NCBI GenBank assembly: GCA_003528115.1
Contig: DOGZ01000004.1
Coordinates: forward strand, 572-64,571
DNA from: Candidatus Omnitrophota bacterium
Lineage (GTDB): Bacteria > Omnitrophota > Gorgyraeia > Zapsychrales > Zapsychraceae
Direction: 5' to 3'
Length of the DNA: 64,000 nt
Shown here: piece by piece, positions 8,597 to 19,781 of the stretch
Numbering within the stretch: position 1 is the first letter of the stretch
Layout of the letters: each line of letters opens with the position of its first letter
Program-made: the position numbers and the translations under genes
Notes under the pieces: model-generated
What the model was told of the DNA's origin: nothing
Seen by the model: only the letters and a program-made list of their open reading frames with translations
The model's database searches: none

Positions 8597-10108
8597 TTAG
8601 GACATGCGTGTGGGTTGAAGACTTTCGGATTCCAATGGTATCACTTTGTTTTTTTTATCTTTTCCTGTGAGTTTATGGACAAAATAGTCAACAAACGCTT
8701 TCAACCCATGAAGCTTCCGCAGAAAATCACCCAGGGAACGGATAGAGAGGAGCATTTGCCATATCTGCCGCGGACGCAAATAAAATTCTTTCAGCCCTTT
8801 ATCGATAAAATAGTCAATCTCGTCACTGGATAACTGAGGGTAATCAAGAAGTGTTTTCTGTTCTTTTTCCGCCGTAAGCCATTCTGACCAGTCATGGGCT
8901 TTTAAGAAATTATTTTCCTTGGCCCATTTATATAGAGAAGTCCCTGGATAGGTGGCGACACCTGTGATTTGGATGGTATCCAAGGGGAGGGACTTGGCGA
9001 ATTCAATGGTTTGCTGAGCTGTTTCTCTGGTCTCCCCCGGGGCGCCGATCATAAAGCAGCCATGGATGGTAAACCCCAACTCGTGGGCGCGCACAGCATA
9101 GGTACGAGCCATCTCCACACTGACTCCTCCTTTATTGATTGCTTTCAGGCCATCGTCATACCCAAATTCAAAACCTGTCATAAGCATTCGGCATCCGGCC
9201 TTGCGCATCAAGGGAAGAAGAGATAGGTCTGTATTCACGCGCATATTACATGACCACGAAATTCTTTTATGAATATTTCGGGTGATGATTTCTTGGCAGA
9301 CCGCTGTCACATGCTGTGGATCGGCCGCGAAGGTGTCTGTTTCAAACATGATTTCGCGGATCTGTGGGTGGATTTTCAGGTCGTATTCCATTTCATCAAC
9401 AACCCTTTGGGCGCTCCGGTTTCGCAGGCGATAGCCATACATCAATTGCGGATCACGGCAAAAGGAACACCCGTTATTACACCCACGTCCTGTCAAGAGC
9501 GTCAGAAATGGGAATTTCTTTCCGGCATCAGGATACCACTCGGGCTTAATCAGTTGCCAGGCAGGGAAGGGAAGTTCATTGACGTCTAAAAGAGGTCTAT
9601 TAGGATTATGCGCGAAGTTTTGACCATCCCACCAGGACAGACCTAAAATTTTATTTAGAGGTTGACCGTTCGCTAGATCCAGAAGGGTGTAATCGTATTC
9701 ATGGCGTAAAATATAATCCACTACCCCGCGACCGATTTTAAGAGTGTTATCCGGTTCTGCCGAGACGTGTTGACCGGCAAAGGCGACTTTGCAGGGATAC
9801 ACTTCTTTAATGTGCCTGGCTTGTTCGATGTCATTGTAAATGGAGGGCGTGGTGGCGTGGATGAGTATGAGTTCGGGCTGAAAAGACCCGACGATTTTAA
9901 AAGTTTCTTCCGGTGTAAAGTTTCGGGCCGCGGCTTCAACAAAATTAACCTCATGCCCCTGATCAATCAATATCTGGGCCGCGATAAGCAGATACTCCGG
10001 GTGTCTTTGGACCCGTCCCCGGGATTTTGCCGCCCAGCGTGCGACACGGACAAAATTATCGCCAAAAGAAGGATTCAGTATGCAGACCTTCATATTACTA
10101 ATTCCCAT
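8597..10108 (-). CDS. B12-binding domain radical SAM protein (HpnJ/BchE-like family)
   Basis: GRGCNNGCSFC (CxxxCxxC); N-terminal cobalamin-binding-like domain (TTPS, GQHVS, EYDYT); FMIGAPGET; YPGT. Confidence 0.85.
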   Translation of the reverse strand: MGISNMKVCILNPSFGDNFVRVARWAAKSRGRVQRHPEYLLIAAQILIDQGHEVNFVEAAARNFTPEETFKIVGSFQPELILIHATTPSIYNDIEQARHIKEVYPCKVAFAGQHVSAEPDNTLKIGRGVVDYILRHEYDYTLLDLANGQPLNKILGLSWWDGQNFAHNPNRPLLDVNELPFPAWQLIKPEWYPDAGKKFPFLTLLTGRGCNNGCSFCRDPQLMYGYRLRNRSAQRVVDEMEYDLKIHPQIREIMFETDTFAADPQHVTAVCQEIITRNIHKRISWSCNMRVNTDLSLLPLMRKAGCRMLMTGFEFGYDDGLKAINKGGVSVEMARTYAVRAHELGFTIHGCFMIGAPGETRETAQQTIEFAKSLPLDTIQITGVATYPGTSLYKWAKENNFLKAHDWSEWLTAEKEQKTLLDYPQLSSDEIDYFIDKGLKEFYLRPRQIWQMLLSIRSLGDFLRKLHGLKAFVDYFVHKLTGKDKKNKVIPLESESLQPTRMS

Positions 10109-10281
10109 CGTAGGTATTTCATCGGGTGATTATTTTTTAGGTTCATCTTAAACATACCTGAAATGCATTTCAAGTGTAATTTAAGAAACAAAATTAAGAA
10201 ACAAATTTTATATAACCATTAGCTTGACGATATATCCAAATTTCAAGATAATAACATTCAAGGAATTTTATCAGGAGCCTT

Positions 10282-10476
10282 ATGAAACCAAAAATGATTG
10301 TGGTCGTACTTGTTATTGTTATGGCGCTCATTATTCTGTCGCAGAACACACAGGTCGTGACGGTCCATGTTTTATTTTGGGACCTGAGCATGTCACGCAT
10401 CATCTTGATTCCTTTTTTATTGTTGGTCGGGTTTATTATTGGTTTTTTTATCGGCAAGAATTCATGGGACTGGTAA
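10282..10476 (+). CDS. Small membrane protein, LapA/DUF1049-like
   Basis: Two TM helices around QNTQVVTVHVLFW; AGGAG SD. Confidence 0.75.
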   Translation: MKPKMIVVVLVIVMALIILSQNTQVVTVHVLFWDLSMSRIILIPFLLLVGFIIGFFIGKNSWDW

Positions 10477-10533
10477 TGAGCCGGCCTTGATTCATGCGAA
10501 ATTCCCTAGTACTGGAAAAATTGTAAAGACGAA

Positions 10534-11853
10534 ATGAATTCTCAATCCGTAAATGCCGAATCTGCCAAAAGCCTTGAACGATCGTACGTCAATGGCATAT
10601 TTTCAAGCGCGACGAATGGTTTGACACAGGAATATTTTACTCCATTCGTGCTTCTATTGGGGGCGACAACTCAACAGGTAGGATTTCTCAATGCTTTACC
10701 AAACCTTTTTTCTTCCCTGGTTCAGTTTAAAAGCGCAGATTTGGCGGATAAATTATCTTCACGGAAAAAGACCATCGGTATTTTTATATCTTTGCAAACG
10801 TTTGTGTTATTAACGATGTTCCTCATGGCCTTATTTAATGTGGCCAATCCATGGACGGTTATCCTTTGTGTCATTTTCTTCTCGACCTGCGGGTCCCTGG
10901 CGAATCCCGCGTGGGGAAGCCTGTTGTCCGATTTGGTCCATCAGAATAAACGCGGAGAATATTTCGGATGGAGAAGCAGAAATTTGGGGCTTGTCATCGT
11001 CGCGTTTACTTTCCTGGCTGGAATGATCCTTCATGGCATGGAAAAAATCAACACGCTCTATGGATTTGTGATTATTTTTGCCTTGGCTTTCTTATGCCGT
11101 TTGCTTTCTTTAAATTATTTAAGAGGAATGTATGAACCGCCTTTAGAATATAATCAAGAAAATCATTTTACCTTTTTTGATTTTATTCGCCGGCTTAAAG
11201 AAAGTAATTTCGCCAAATTCGTTATATTTGTGTCTCTCATGAATTTTTCCGTTCATCTGGCCGCCCCTTATTTTGCCGTTTTCATGTTGAAAGACTTGTC
11301 GTTCAGTTATCTTTTGTATTCTGTCATTAATATTATGGCCGCACTGACGGTTTATTTATCGATTCGACGTTGGGGGAAGCACGCGGACAGAGTGGGCAAC
11401 CTTAAAATTATAAAAGTGACGGCTCCCCTCATTGGGATCATTCCGTTATTTTGGATCATTAACCGCAATCCGTTATTCTTATTGATTGTTCAAGCATTTG
11501 CGGGTTTTGTCTGGGCCGGCTTTAACCTTTGCTGCACGAATTTTATTTACGACGCGGCGCGGCCGGAAAAACGCGCGCGGTGCATCGCCTATTTCAATTT
11601 GCTCAACGGCCTGGCCATTTGTTTAGGCGCCCTGCTCGGCGGTTTTCTTGTTAAATATCTTCCAGTTTTTTTAGGTTATAAGATATTAACGTTGTTTTTT
11701 TTATCTTCAGTTTTACGCGTTTCTGCAGCGCTTTTCTTTTCTAAGATGTTGAAGGAGGTACGCCCCATTGAAGCGATAAGCGGTCATAAACTTTTTTTTA
11801 GTATGGTAGGCATGAACCCCATAGGGGGTACTTTAAAGAAAAATGTCAGATAA
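10534..11853 (+). CDS. MFS transporter
   Basis: About 12 TM helices; WGSLLSDLV...RGEYFG, WGKHADRVGN. Confidence 0.88.
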   Translation: MNSQSVNAESAKSLERSYVNGIFSSATNGLTQEYFTPFVLLLGATTQQVGFLNALPNLFSSLVQFKSADLADKLSSRKKTIGIFISLQTFVLLTMFLMALFNVANPWTVILCVIFFSTCGSLANPAWGSLLSDLVHQNKRGEYFGWRSRNLGLVIVAFTFLAGMILHGMEKINTLYGFVIIFALAFLCRLLSLNYLRGMYEPPLEYNQENHFTFFDFIRRLKESNFAKFVIFVSLMNFSVHLAAPYFAVFMLKDLSFSYLLYSVINIMAALTVYLSIRRWGKHADRVGNLKIIKVTAPLIGIIPLFWIINRNPLFLLIVQAFAGFVWAGFNLCCTNFIYDAARPEKRARCIAYFNLLNGLAICLGALLGGFLVKYLPVFLGYKILTLFFLSSVLRVSAALFFSKMLKEVRPIEAISGHKLFFSMVGMNPIGGTLKKNVR

Positions 11854-13225
11854 AACTTTATTAGAAAAATTCACTTCGCGGTTTTCCAAAGCTTTTTTGC
11901 AGTCTCCGTCAAGGATATTGATTATCGGTTTTCTTATCTTGATTTTAAGCGGGACATTTTTATTGATGCTGCCTATGGCCACCGTAGAAGGCAGGGTGGG
12001 TTTTATTGACGCCTTGTTTACGGCGACTTCGGCCAGTTGCGTGACCGGATTGACGGTTTTAGATACGGGGACCACGTACAGCTTTTTCGGCCAGATGGTC
12101 ATCTTGTTTTTGATCCAGATCGGCGGAATAGGGATCATGACGTTTTCCACGTTGATGCTTTTGATCGCAGGAAAAAGGCCGAGCATGATCGGACACATTG
12201 TGCTGCATGACACTTTTACACACACCGGCGAGCGCAGCCCTATATCGATTTTAAAGGACGTTATTCTGTTTACGTTTCTGGTAGAGGCTGTTGGGTCTTT
12301 TTTGCTTTTCCTTCGGTTTTTTCCTGAAAAAGGTTTTTTAAATGGACTTTATCTTTCTGTCTTTCATTCGGTCAGTGCTTTCTGTAACGCGGGATTTGGT
12401 CTTTTCCCAGACAACTTTGTCAGTTACCAGCAAGACTGGCTTCTAAATTTAGTCCTTTGTGGGCTTATTATCAGCGGCGGGATTGGATTCCTTATTATGT
12501 CTGAACTGATGTCCTCTTTCCCGTTGAATAAGAGGAAATTGTCCCGTTTAAGTTTGCACACGAAATTTGTTCTGTCAGCGACAATCTTCTTGCTGGTTTT
12601 TAGTACGTTGGTTATCGCGTTTATGGAGTGGGGAAACGCCCTAGGGTCTCTCCCTGTGCCGGACCGATTCCTGGCTTCTTTTTTTCAGGCCGTGAGCGCG
12701 AGAACCGCCGGGTTTAATACGCTGATCATTGGTAATCTTACAGCCGAAACCCTTTTTTTTATTATCGTGCTCATGTTCATTGGGGCCAGCCCGGGTTCAT
12801 GTGCCGGGGGAGTTAAAATCACGACGGCCAGTCTTTTGGTGTTGGTAGGACTTTCCCAACTTAACGGAAGGGAAAATCCCCAGATATTTCACAGGACTTT
12901 TTCAAAGGCCAGTATTGATAAAGCGATCGGAGTCGTCATGGTCAGTCTGCTGGTCATCTGCGCCGTTACCATGCTGTTATTGATGTGTGAACGCTTTACG
13001 GTAAACCACGGAAAATTTCTGGATCTGCTGTTTGAAGCGGTCAGCGGGTTCGGAACGGTGGGATTATCAACCGGTGTTACGCCGGGGCTATCCGTAGCCG
13101 GGAAGATTTTTATATCATTCATCATGTTTATAGGCAGAGTCGGGCCTTTAACCGTTGTGATGGCCGTCAGTCGGTCATCCAAGAAATATTATAATTACGC
13201 GGAAGAAAACATCATGATCGGGTGA
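11843..13225 (+). CDS. ktrB: Trk/Ktr potassium uptake membrane subunit
   Basis: SASCVTGL, SAFCNAGF, RTAGFN and FGTVGLS pore loops. Confidence 0.92.
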   Translation: MSDKTLLEKFTSRFSKAFLQSPSRILIIGFLILILSGTFLLMLPMATVEGRVGFIDALFTATSASCVTGLTVLDTGTTYSFFGQMVILFLIQIGGIGIMTFSTLMLLIAGKRPSMIGHIVLHDTFTHTGERSPISILKDVILFTFLVEAVGSFLLFLRFFPEKGFLNGLYLSVFHSVSAFCNAGFGLFPDNFVSYQQDWLLNLVLCGLIISGGIGFLIMSELMSSFPLNKRKLSRLSLHTKFVLSATIFLLVFSTLVIAFMEWGNALGSLPVPDRFLASFFQAVSARTAGFNTLIIGNLTAETLFFIIVLMFIGASPGSCAGGVKITTASLLVLVGLSQLNGRENPQIFHRTFSKASIDKAIGVVMVSLLVICAVTMLLLMCERFTVNHGKFLDLLFEAVSGFGTVGLSTGVTPGLSVAGKIFISFIMFIGRVGPLTVVMAVSRSSKKYYNYAEENIMIG

Positions 13226-13233
13226 GGTGAACT

Positions 13234-13890
13234 ATGAAACAAATTATTATTATCGGTATCGGCAATTTCGGTTATTATCTGGCAACGGAACTGTATCAAA
13301 AAGGCCATGAGGTCATGGTCATTGACAAGAATTCCAATCGTATCCAGGACATCAAGGATAAGGTAAGCCAGGCCATCGTGGCTGATGCCACGGATCCGAA
13401 AACCCTGGAGGCCATACATATTGATCAGGCGGATTTCGTTGTGATCTGTATCGGATCGAGTGTCAATGATTCCATTCTGACAACGTTGAACGTCAAAGAC
13501 CGGGGGGTCAAATATATCATCGCTAAAGCCCTGAGCGAACCTCACGGCCGGATCCTGGAAAAAGTGGGCGCCTCCGAAGTCATATTCCCCGAGAAGGATT
13601 TAGCCATATCTTTGGCCAGGCGGTTACACAATCCCAATATGATTGACTATTTACCTTTTATTGAAGGGTATACCATCCTTGAACTCGCTCCACCGCAGCG
13701 TTACTTGGGGAAAAGCCTTGAAGAAATAAACCTTACCAACACCTATGGCGTTCAGGTCATTGCCGTCAAGGATATTATTAATGATCGCTTGAATATTATT
13801 CCAACAGGGAAATACATCTTGAAAGACAGTGATTTGCTCATCCTGTTGGGGCAGCATGAAAATCTGGATAAACTCCGGGAAAAGGAATAA
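13234..13890 (+). CDS. ktrA: Trk/Ktr potassium uptake RCK subunit
   Basis: GIGNFG Rossmann motif, RCK_N plus RCK_C; adjacent to ktrB. Confidence 0.92.
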   Translation: MKQIIIIGIGNFGYYLATELYQKGHEVMVIDKNSNRIQDIKDKVSQAIVADATDPKTLEAIHIDQADFVVICIGSSVNDSILTTLNVKDRGVKYIIAKALSEPHGRILEKVGASEVIFPEKDLAISLARRLHNPNMIDYLPFIEGYTILELAPPQRYLGKSLEEINLTNTYGVQVIAVKDIINDRLNIIPTGKYILKDSDLLILLGQHENLDKLREKE

Positions 13891-14024
13891 TTCGAGCGCC
13901 CGGGGAAGCGCGTTTTATTACGTCTGTGAAATTCTTTAAGAAAAAGTTATTTAATCACGTTTTCCGCTCCCTATGCCCTGCAAGAAATGACGTACTAACG
14001 TCCGCAACGCCCCAAAAAGAACAT

Positions 14025-14053
14025 TTGTCAAATGGGGGCCTTCTGGGTAAAAT
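14025..14053 (+). promoter_or_regulatory. sigma70-type promoter of radC
   Basis: TTGTCA-N17-TAAAAT. Confidence 0.6.
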
Positions 14054-14109
14054 ACTTCCCGCATCCCCTTAACCAACGCGTCGATTCGCAACGATGGAAG
14101 GGGAGCACC

Positions 14110-14829
14110 ATGATTCCAGGAAATCAGAAAAATTCAATTATCCATTGGCCGGTAGAAGACCGGCCCCGAGAGAAACTATTAAAAGACGGTGAACATAAGT
14201 TGAGTAACTCTGAGTTACTCGCTATTCTTTTAAGGACCGGAGTTAAAGGCCAGAGCGCTCTTGATCTCGCCCGCAAAATCATGCACAAATTCCGCACTTT
14301 CCGGCAAATGAGTCATGTTCATCCCAGTGAGTGGAAAGAATTTAAGGGATTGGGTGACGCTAAGATCGCTCAAATTAAGGCCGCCCTTGAGATCGGAAGG
14401 AGGTTCAGGGAAGACGAGATCAAAGAAATCCCGGTTAAGATCAAATCTTCGAAAGATATTGTCGCGATCCTCATGCCGCGCATGCGCGATTTAAAAAAAG
14501 AGGTTTTTAAAATCGTGCTTCTGGATTCTCAGAATCAGATCATCCATATCCACGATAGCGCAGAAGGCACAGTGAATCATGCGACTCCGATTATCCGTGA
14601 AATTTATGTATATGCCTTGCAAAAGTTCGCCGCGTCTCTCATTTGCGTGCACAATCATCCCTCCGGAGATATCAATCCGAGCGCCCAGGACAAACGGTTC
14701 ACACAAGCCCTGTATCATACCGGGAAAATTATGCAAATTCCTTTAATGGATCATATCATTATCGGAGACAATAATTATTACAGCTTTGCCGATGCGCATG
14801 AGCTTAATCATCATCAAGTGCTCGATTGA
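14110..14829 (+). CDS. radC: RadC (UPF0758) JAB-domain protein
   Basis: DRPREKL, ELLAILL, HNHPSGD..PS..D, DHIII; GGGGAG SD favours ATG 14110. Confidence 0.93.
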   Translation: MIPGNQKNSIIHWPVEDRPREKLLKDGEHKLSNSELLAILLRTGVKGQSALDLARKIMHKFRTFRQMSHVHPSEWKEFKGLGDAKIAQIKAALEIGRRFREDEIKEIPVKIKSSKDIVAILMPRMRDLKKEVFKIVLLDSQNQIIHIHDSAEGTVNHATPIIREIYVYALQKFAASLICVHNHPSGDINPSAQDKRFTQALYHTGKIMQIPLMDHIIIGDNNYYSFADAHELNHHQVLD

Positions 14830-14961
14830 GGGAAGTGGGATCATACTTATAATATTATTTGCATAATAAAAAAAAATATCTAAAATTAAAAACACCATAA
14901 AATCCTGGTTCTTTTCATACTGACCAAGGCCGCGCGGCCGAGGCCCTAACGGAGAAATGAT

Positions 14962-17679
14962 ATGGCGTCTCAATTCAAACCGAAGGATGTTGCTAAAACA
15001 CTCAAGACAAAGACAAAACCGTTTACGATTTTTCATTTACCCAAATTGACTAAGCTTGGACTTGGCTGCGCGGACCATCTGCCTTTTTCCATTAAAGTCC
15101 TTTTAGAGAGCGCCCTGCGTAACTGTGACAATTATCAAATCACCGTCGAAGATATAAAGAAATTGGCCGGCTGGACGCCCCAGGCGCGAACCGCCCAAGA
15201 AATCGCCTTCAAACCCGGGCGCGTCATTTTGCAGGATTTTACGGGGGTCCCGTGCGTTGTGGATCTGGCGGCGATGCGTTCCGGTCTTAAACATCTCGGA
15301 GGGGATTACCGGAAAATCAATCCGCAGGTGCCCTGTGATTTGGTCATTGATCATTCGGTACAGGTGGATTCTTTCGGTTCTAAATCCTCGCTGAATAAGA
15401 ATGTGTTTTTAGAATTTAGACGGAATAAAGAGCGGTATGAATTTCTAAAATGGGGACAGAATGCCTTCAAGAATTTTAAGGTTGTTCCTCCCTCAACAGG
15501 CATTGTTCATCAGGTGAATCTGGAATATTTGGCCAAAGGCGTGCTTCAGAAGAAAGCCGGTAAAGAAACATTGGCCTTCCCTGACAGTTTAGTAGGTACG
15601 GATAGTCATACAACCATGATCAATGGTTTGGGTATTGTCGGTTGGGGAGTCGGCGGGATCGAGGCGGAATCCGTGATGCTTGGAGAACCGCTCTATATGC
15701 TGATGCCGGAAGTGATCGGTTTTCAACTCACCGGCCGGCTCAAAGAGGGCGTAACCGCTACGGACCTCGTTTTAACAGTAACCCAGATCCTTCGTCAAAA
15801 AGGCGTTGTCGATAAGTTTGTGGAATTTTACGGCGAGGGATTAAAACATCTCACTCTCCCTGATCGGGCGACCATCTCCAATATGGCTCCTGAATACGGC
15901 GCGACCATCGGATTATTCCCGATTGATGAAGAGACCCTAAACTATTACCGTCTGACGGGCCGTAGCGACGCTGAAGTCGATTTGGTCGAACGCTACATGA
16001 AAGAACAAGGGATGTTTTATACATCTCAAAGCAAAATTCCGATCTTTACAGATCATATTGAGCTCGATTTATCCAGTGTCGAACCGAGCCTGGCCGGCCC
16101 TAAACGTCCTCAGGACAGGGTTTCTTTATCAGAAATGAAAGAGGTCTTTGAAAAGTCATTAGTCAAGCCGGTTAAAGAAAGGGGTTATGGATTATCCACG
16201 GACGCTTTATGCAAGTCGATCCCCATCAATGGTACCTCCGACGAATTGAGACACGGGTCGGTTGTGATCGCGGCGATTACCAGTTGTACCAACACCTCCA
16301 ACCCGTCGGTTTTGATCGCCGCAGGACTCTTGGCCAAAAAGACCGTGGAAAAGGGACTGAAGGTCAAAAGTTTCGTCAAGACGAGTCTCGCTCCGGGATC
16401 ACAAGTGGTTGAAGAATATTTGCGAGAATCCGGTCTCATGCCGTATCTTGAAAAGCTTGGTTTCCATATCGTCGGCTACGGGTGCACCACCTGCATCGGT
16501 AACAGCGGCCCGTTACCGGAAAATGTGGCCAAGGCCATCCAGCAAGGAGATTTGGTGGCGGCGAGTGTTTTGAGCGGGAACAGGAATTTTGAAGGACGGA
16601 TTAATCCCCTGACAAAGGCTAATTATCTCGCTTCACCGCCTATGGTTGTCGCGTATGCTTTGGCAGGATCTGTGGACATGAATTTGCATTGTGATCCAAT
16701 TGGTTTTGATAAAACAGGCCAGGCCGTTTATCTACGAGACATCTGGCCGACCCAAGAGGAAGTGAATCAATTGATTAAGAAATTTGTCACAGCCAAGACA
16801 TTTCGCAAACGTTATAAAAATGTTAATAAAGGAAATAAAAATTGGGATGCCATTAAAGAGACCAAATCCGATCTTTATTCCTGGAAAAACAAGAGCACGT
16901 ATATTCAGGAGCCGCCATTTTTTATCAGTATGAAAAAGGATCCGGATCCTATTAAAGGAATACAGCAGGCCAGGGTCCTCGTTATGGTCGGTGATTCGAT
17001 TACGACAGATCATATCTCTCCGGCTGGGAATATCGCCCAAGACAGCCCCGCGGGAAGATATTTGATTGAACAGGGTGTGCCGCCTTCGGATTTTAACAGC
17101 TACGGCGCCCGTCGTGGAAATGATCGTGTGATGACACGCGGCACATTTGCCAATATCCGTTTGCGTAATCTTCTGGCTCCCGGGACCGAGGGATCATGGA
17201 CGATGCATTTTCCAACGCAGGAAAAGATGAGTATCTATGATGCCGCCATGCTTTACAAGAAGGACGCCACACCTCTTGTTGTTTTGGCCGGTAAAGAGTA
17301 TGGGACAGGATCCAGCCGTGACTGGGCGGCCAAGGGAACGGCCCTGCTGGGAGTGAGGGTAGTGATCGCGCAAAGCTATGAAAGGATTCACCGCAGCAAT
17401 CTCGCCGGAATGGGTATCCTCCCCCTGCAATTTATGAACGGCGAAACGGTTGAATCTCTGGGATTAAAAGGCGACGAGATTTTTAATTTTGAAGGGATTG
17501 ATGATCAATTAAAGCCGCGCCAGCAAATCACGGTCTCGGCCACGATGAAAAACGGTGAGCGTAAAGAATTCAAAACGAATTGCCGGTTGGATACGCCCGT
17601 GGATATTGATTACTTTAGGAACGGCGGGATATTACATACGGTGTTGCGAAAGTTGGCCAAAGAAAATAGAGGGGCATAG
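14962..17679 (+). CDS. acnA: Aconitate hydratase A
   Basis: [51 protein letters not shown]. Confidence 0.97.
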   Translation: MASQFKPKDVAKTLKTKTKPFTIFHLPKLTKLGLGCADHLPFSIKVLLESALRNCDNYQITVEDIKKLAGWTPQARTAQEIAFKPGRVILQDFTGVPCVVDLAAMRSGLKHLGGDYRKINPQVPCDLVIDHSVQVDSFGSKSSLNKNVFLEFRRNKERYEFLKWGQNAFKNFKVVPPSTGIVHQVNLEYLAKGVLQKKAGKETLAFPDSLVGTDSHTTMINGLGIVGWGVGGIEAESVMLGEPLYMLMPEVIGFQLTGRLKEGVTATDLVLTVTQILRQKGVVDKFVEFYGEGLKHLTLPDRATISNMAPEYGATIGLFPIDEETLNYYRLTGRSDAEVDLVERYMKEQGMFYTSQSKIPIFTDHIELDLSSVEPSLAGPKRPQDRVSLSEMKEVFEKSLVKPVKERGYGLSTDALCKSIPINGTSDELRHGSVVIAAITSCTNTSNPSVLIAAGLLAKKTVEKGLKVKSFVKTSLAPGSQVVEEYLRESGLMPYLEKLGFHIVGYGCTTCIGNSGPLPENVAKAIQQGDLVAASVLSGNRNFEGRINPLTKANYLASPPMVVAYALAGSVDMNLHCDPIGFDKTGQAVYLRDIWPTQEEVNQLIKKFVTAKTFRKRYKNVNKGNKNWDAIKETKSDLYSWKNKSTYIQEPPFFISMKKDPDPIKGIQQARVLVMVGDSITTDHISPAGNIAQDSPAGRYLIEQGVPPSDFNSYGARRGNDRVMTRGTFANIRLRNLLAPGTEGSWTMHFPTQEKMSIYDAAMLYKKDATPLVVLAGKEYGTGSSRDWAAKGTALLGVRVVIAQSYERIHRSNLAGMGILPLQFMNGETVESLGLKGDEIFNFEGIDDQLKPRQQITVSATMKNGERKEFKTNCRLDTPVDIDYFRNGGILHTVLRKLAKENRGA

Positions 17680-17711
17680 GCAAAATCAGGGCTTTAACCA
17701 GCAGGTGGTTT

Positions 17712-19112
17712 ATGGGAAAAACAATGTATGAAAAAATTTGGAATGATCATCTGGTTCGGGAGAGTCAGGGGGATACTTCCGTTATCTATGTGGATTTACA
17801 TTTGGTGCATGAAGTCACCAGTCCTCAGGCCTTTGAAGGAATGCGTTTAACTAAAAGAAAAGTCCATCGGCCGGACAAGACCTTCGCGACCATGGATCAC
17901 AATGTCTCTACGCGTACCAAAGAGTGGTCGCTTGTTGAGGAAACCTCCCGCGTTCAAATGGAGACGTTGTCAAAAAATTGCAATGATTCTGGCATCACCG
18001 TCTATGATTTCACGCATCAAGATCAGGGGATCGTTCATGTCCTAGGGCCTGAGCTGGGTTTAACACAGCCCGGCATGGTGATCGTCTGCGGGGATTCGCA
18101 TACAGCCACGCATGGGGCCTTTGGCGCACTGGCATTTGGAATCGGCACCTCCGAGGTGGAACATGTTTTAGCGACACAGACGTTGCAACAGGACAAAGCC
18201 AAAACGATGTTGATCAATATCGAGGGCGTTCTGGCCAAAGGCGTGACGGCTAAAGATATTATTCTGTTTATTATCGGACAAATAGGCACCGCCGGGGCCA
18301 CGGGGTATGTTATTGAATACGCCGGCAGTACGATCCGTCAATTAAGCATGGAAGGACGCATGACCATCTGTAATATGAGTATCGAAGCGGGGGCGCGGGC
18401 CGGCATGATTGCCCCTGATGAAGTGACATACGCCTATTTAAAAGGACGCGACCGTGCCCCTGAAGCAGAGTTGTGGGACAAGGCCGTACAATATTGGAAG
18501 ACCCTGCCGAGTGACTCGGGCGCGTTATTTGACAAGACTCTCAAAATCAAGGCTGAAGAAATTCTACCCCAGGTCACGTGGGGAACGAGCCCTGGGCAGG
18601 TAGCAGCGATTGATGCCTGCGTCCCTTTTCCAGAAAGTTTTACAGATCCTGTGGCGCGTACAGCCGCGAAAAACGCTTTGCGGTATATGGATTTAAAACC
18701 CGGCCAGTCCATGACTTCTATCACCATCAACAAAGTCTTCTTGGGTTCGTGCACCAACGGCCGGATCGAGGATCTGCGGGCCGCGGCCAGGATCGTTCAG
18801 GGGAAAAGAATTAGCAAGAACGTCGAGGCCATTGTTGTGCCGGGATCAGGACGGGTGCTCCGCCAGGCTGAAAAAGAAGGGTTGGATAAAATTTTTAAAG
18901 ACGCCGGATTCGAATGGCGTTTCGCGGGATGCTCGATGTGTTTAGGCATGAATGATGATCAATTAAAACCCGGTGATCGCTGCGCGTCCTCGAGCAACCG
19001 CAATTTTGAAGGCCGTCAGGGCCCGGGAGGCCGGACCCATTTGATGAGTCCCGAAATGGTAGCCGTAGCGGCCCTGGAAGGGCGGATCAGCGACATCAGA
19101 AAGTATTTATAA
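17712..19112 (+). CDS. leuC: 3-isopropylmalate dehydratase large subunit
   Basis: [35 protein letters not shown]. Confidence 0.97.
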   Translation: MGKTMYEKIWNDHLVRESQGDTSVIYVDLHLVHEVTSPQAFEGMRLTKRKVHRPDKTFATMDHNVSTRTKEWSLVEETSRVQMETLSKNCNDSGITVYDFTHQDQGIVHVLGPELGLTQPGMVIVCGDSHTATHGAFGALAFGIGTSEVEHVLATQTLQQDKAKTMLINIEGVLAKGVTAKDIILFIIGQIGTAGATGYVIEYAGSTIRQLSMEGRMTICNMSIEAGARAGMIAPDEVTYAYLKGRDRAPEAELWDKAVQYWKTLPSDSGALFDKTLKIKAEEILPQVTWGTSPGQVAAIDACVPFPESFTDPVARTAAKNALRYMDLKPGQSMTSITINKVFLGSCTNGRIEDLRAAARIVQGKRISKNVEAIVVPGSGRVLRQAEKEGLDKIFKDAGFEWRFAGCSMCLGMNDDQLKPGDRCASSSNRNFEGRQGPGGRTHLMSPEMVAVAALEGRISDIRKYL

Positions 19113-19114
19113 AA

Positions 19115-19729
19115 ATGGAACCTTTTGTCACCCATACAGGCATCGTCGTTCCCCTTGATCGGGTCAACGTGGATACGGACGCGATCATCCCCAAACAGTT
19201 TTTGCGCAAGATCGAAAGAACCGGGTTTGGCGTTCATCTGTTTCATGAATGGCGGTATCTGGATTACGCCGGGACCCAGGAAAATCCTGATTTTGTGCTG
19301 AACAAACCGGAATACCGTGAGGGAACGATCTTATTATCGCGGGATAATTTCGGCTGCGGCTCAAGCCGTGAACACGCGCCGTGGGCCCTGGCGGATTACG
19401 GGTTTCGCGTTATTATCGCGCCGAGTTTCGCGGATATTTTCTATAACAATTGTATAAAAAACGGTATTCTCCTGATCACGTTAAAATCCGAGGAAATCAA
19501 CGAATTATTTGAAATGGTGTGGGATTCCCCCGGGATTCTGTTAACCGCGGATTTAGAACGCCAGATCGTCAGCGGTCGTGTCGGGAATGAATATCATTTC
19601 AATATCAATCCCTTCGGCAAGTACTGTTTGGAAAACGGTCTTGATCAAATCGGATGGACACAACAGTTTTCGGAAAAAATCTCAACGTACGAGAAAAGAT
19701 TGAAACAGGAAAGACCTTGGTTGGGATAA
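19115..19729 (+). CDS. leuD: 3-isopropylmalate dehydratase small subunit
   Basis: [24 protein letters not shown]. Confidence 0.97.
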   Translation: MEPFVTHTGIVVPLDRVNVDTDAIIPKQFLRKIERTGFGVHLFHEWRYLDYAGTQENPDFVLNKPEYREGTILLSRDNFGCGSSREHAPWALADYGFRVIIAPSFADIFYNNCIKNGILLITLKSEEINELFEMVWDSPGILLTADLERQIVSGRVGNEYHFNINPFGKYCLENGLDQIGWTQQFSEKISTYEKRLKQERPWLG

Positions 19730-19781
19730 GATCGGCAGGACGTTCTTCTTGATGGAGGCGCTCTTATACAAAGGAAATCTT

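Noticed and set aside
14110-14829. radC as a marker of a mobile element
   Set aside because: Full-length chromosomal type; no integrase, transposase or att repeats nearby
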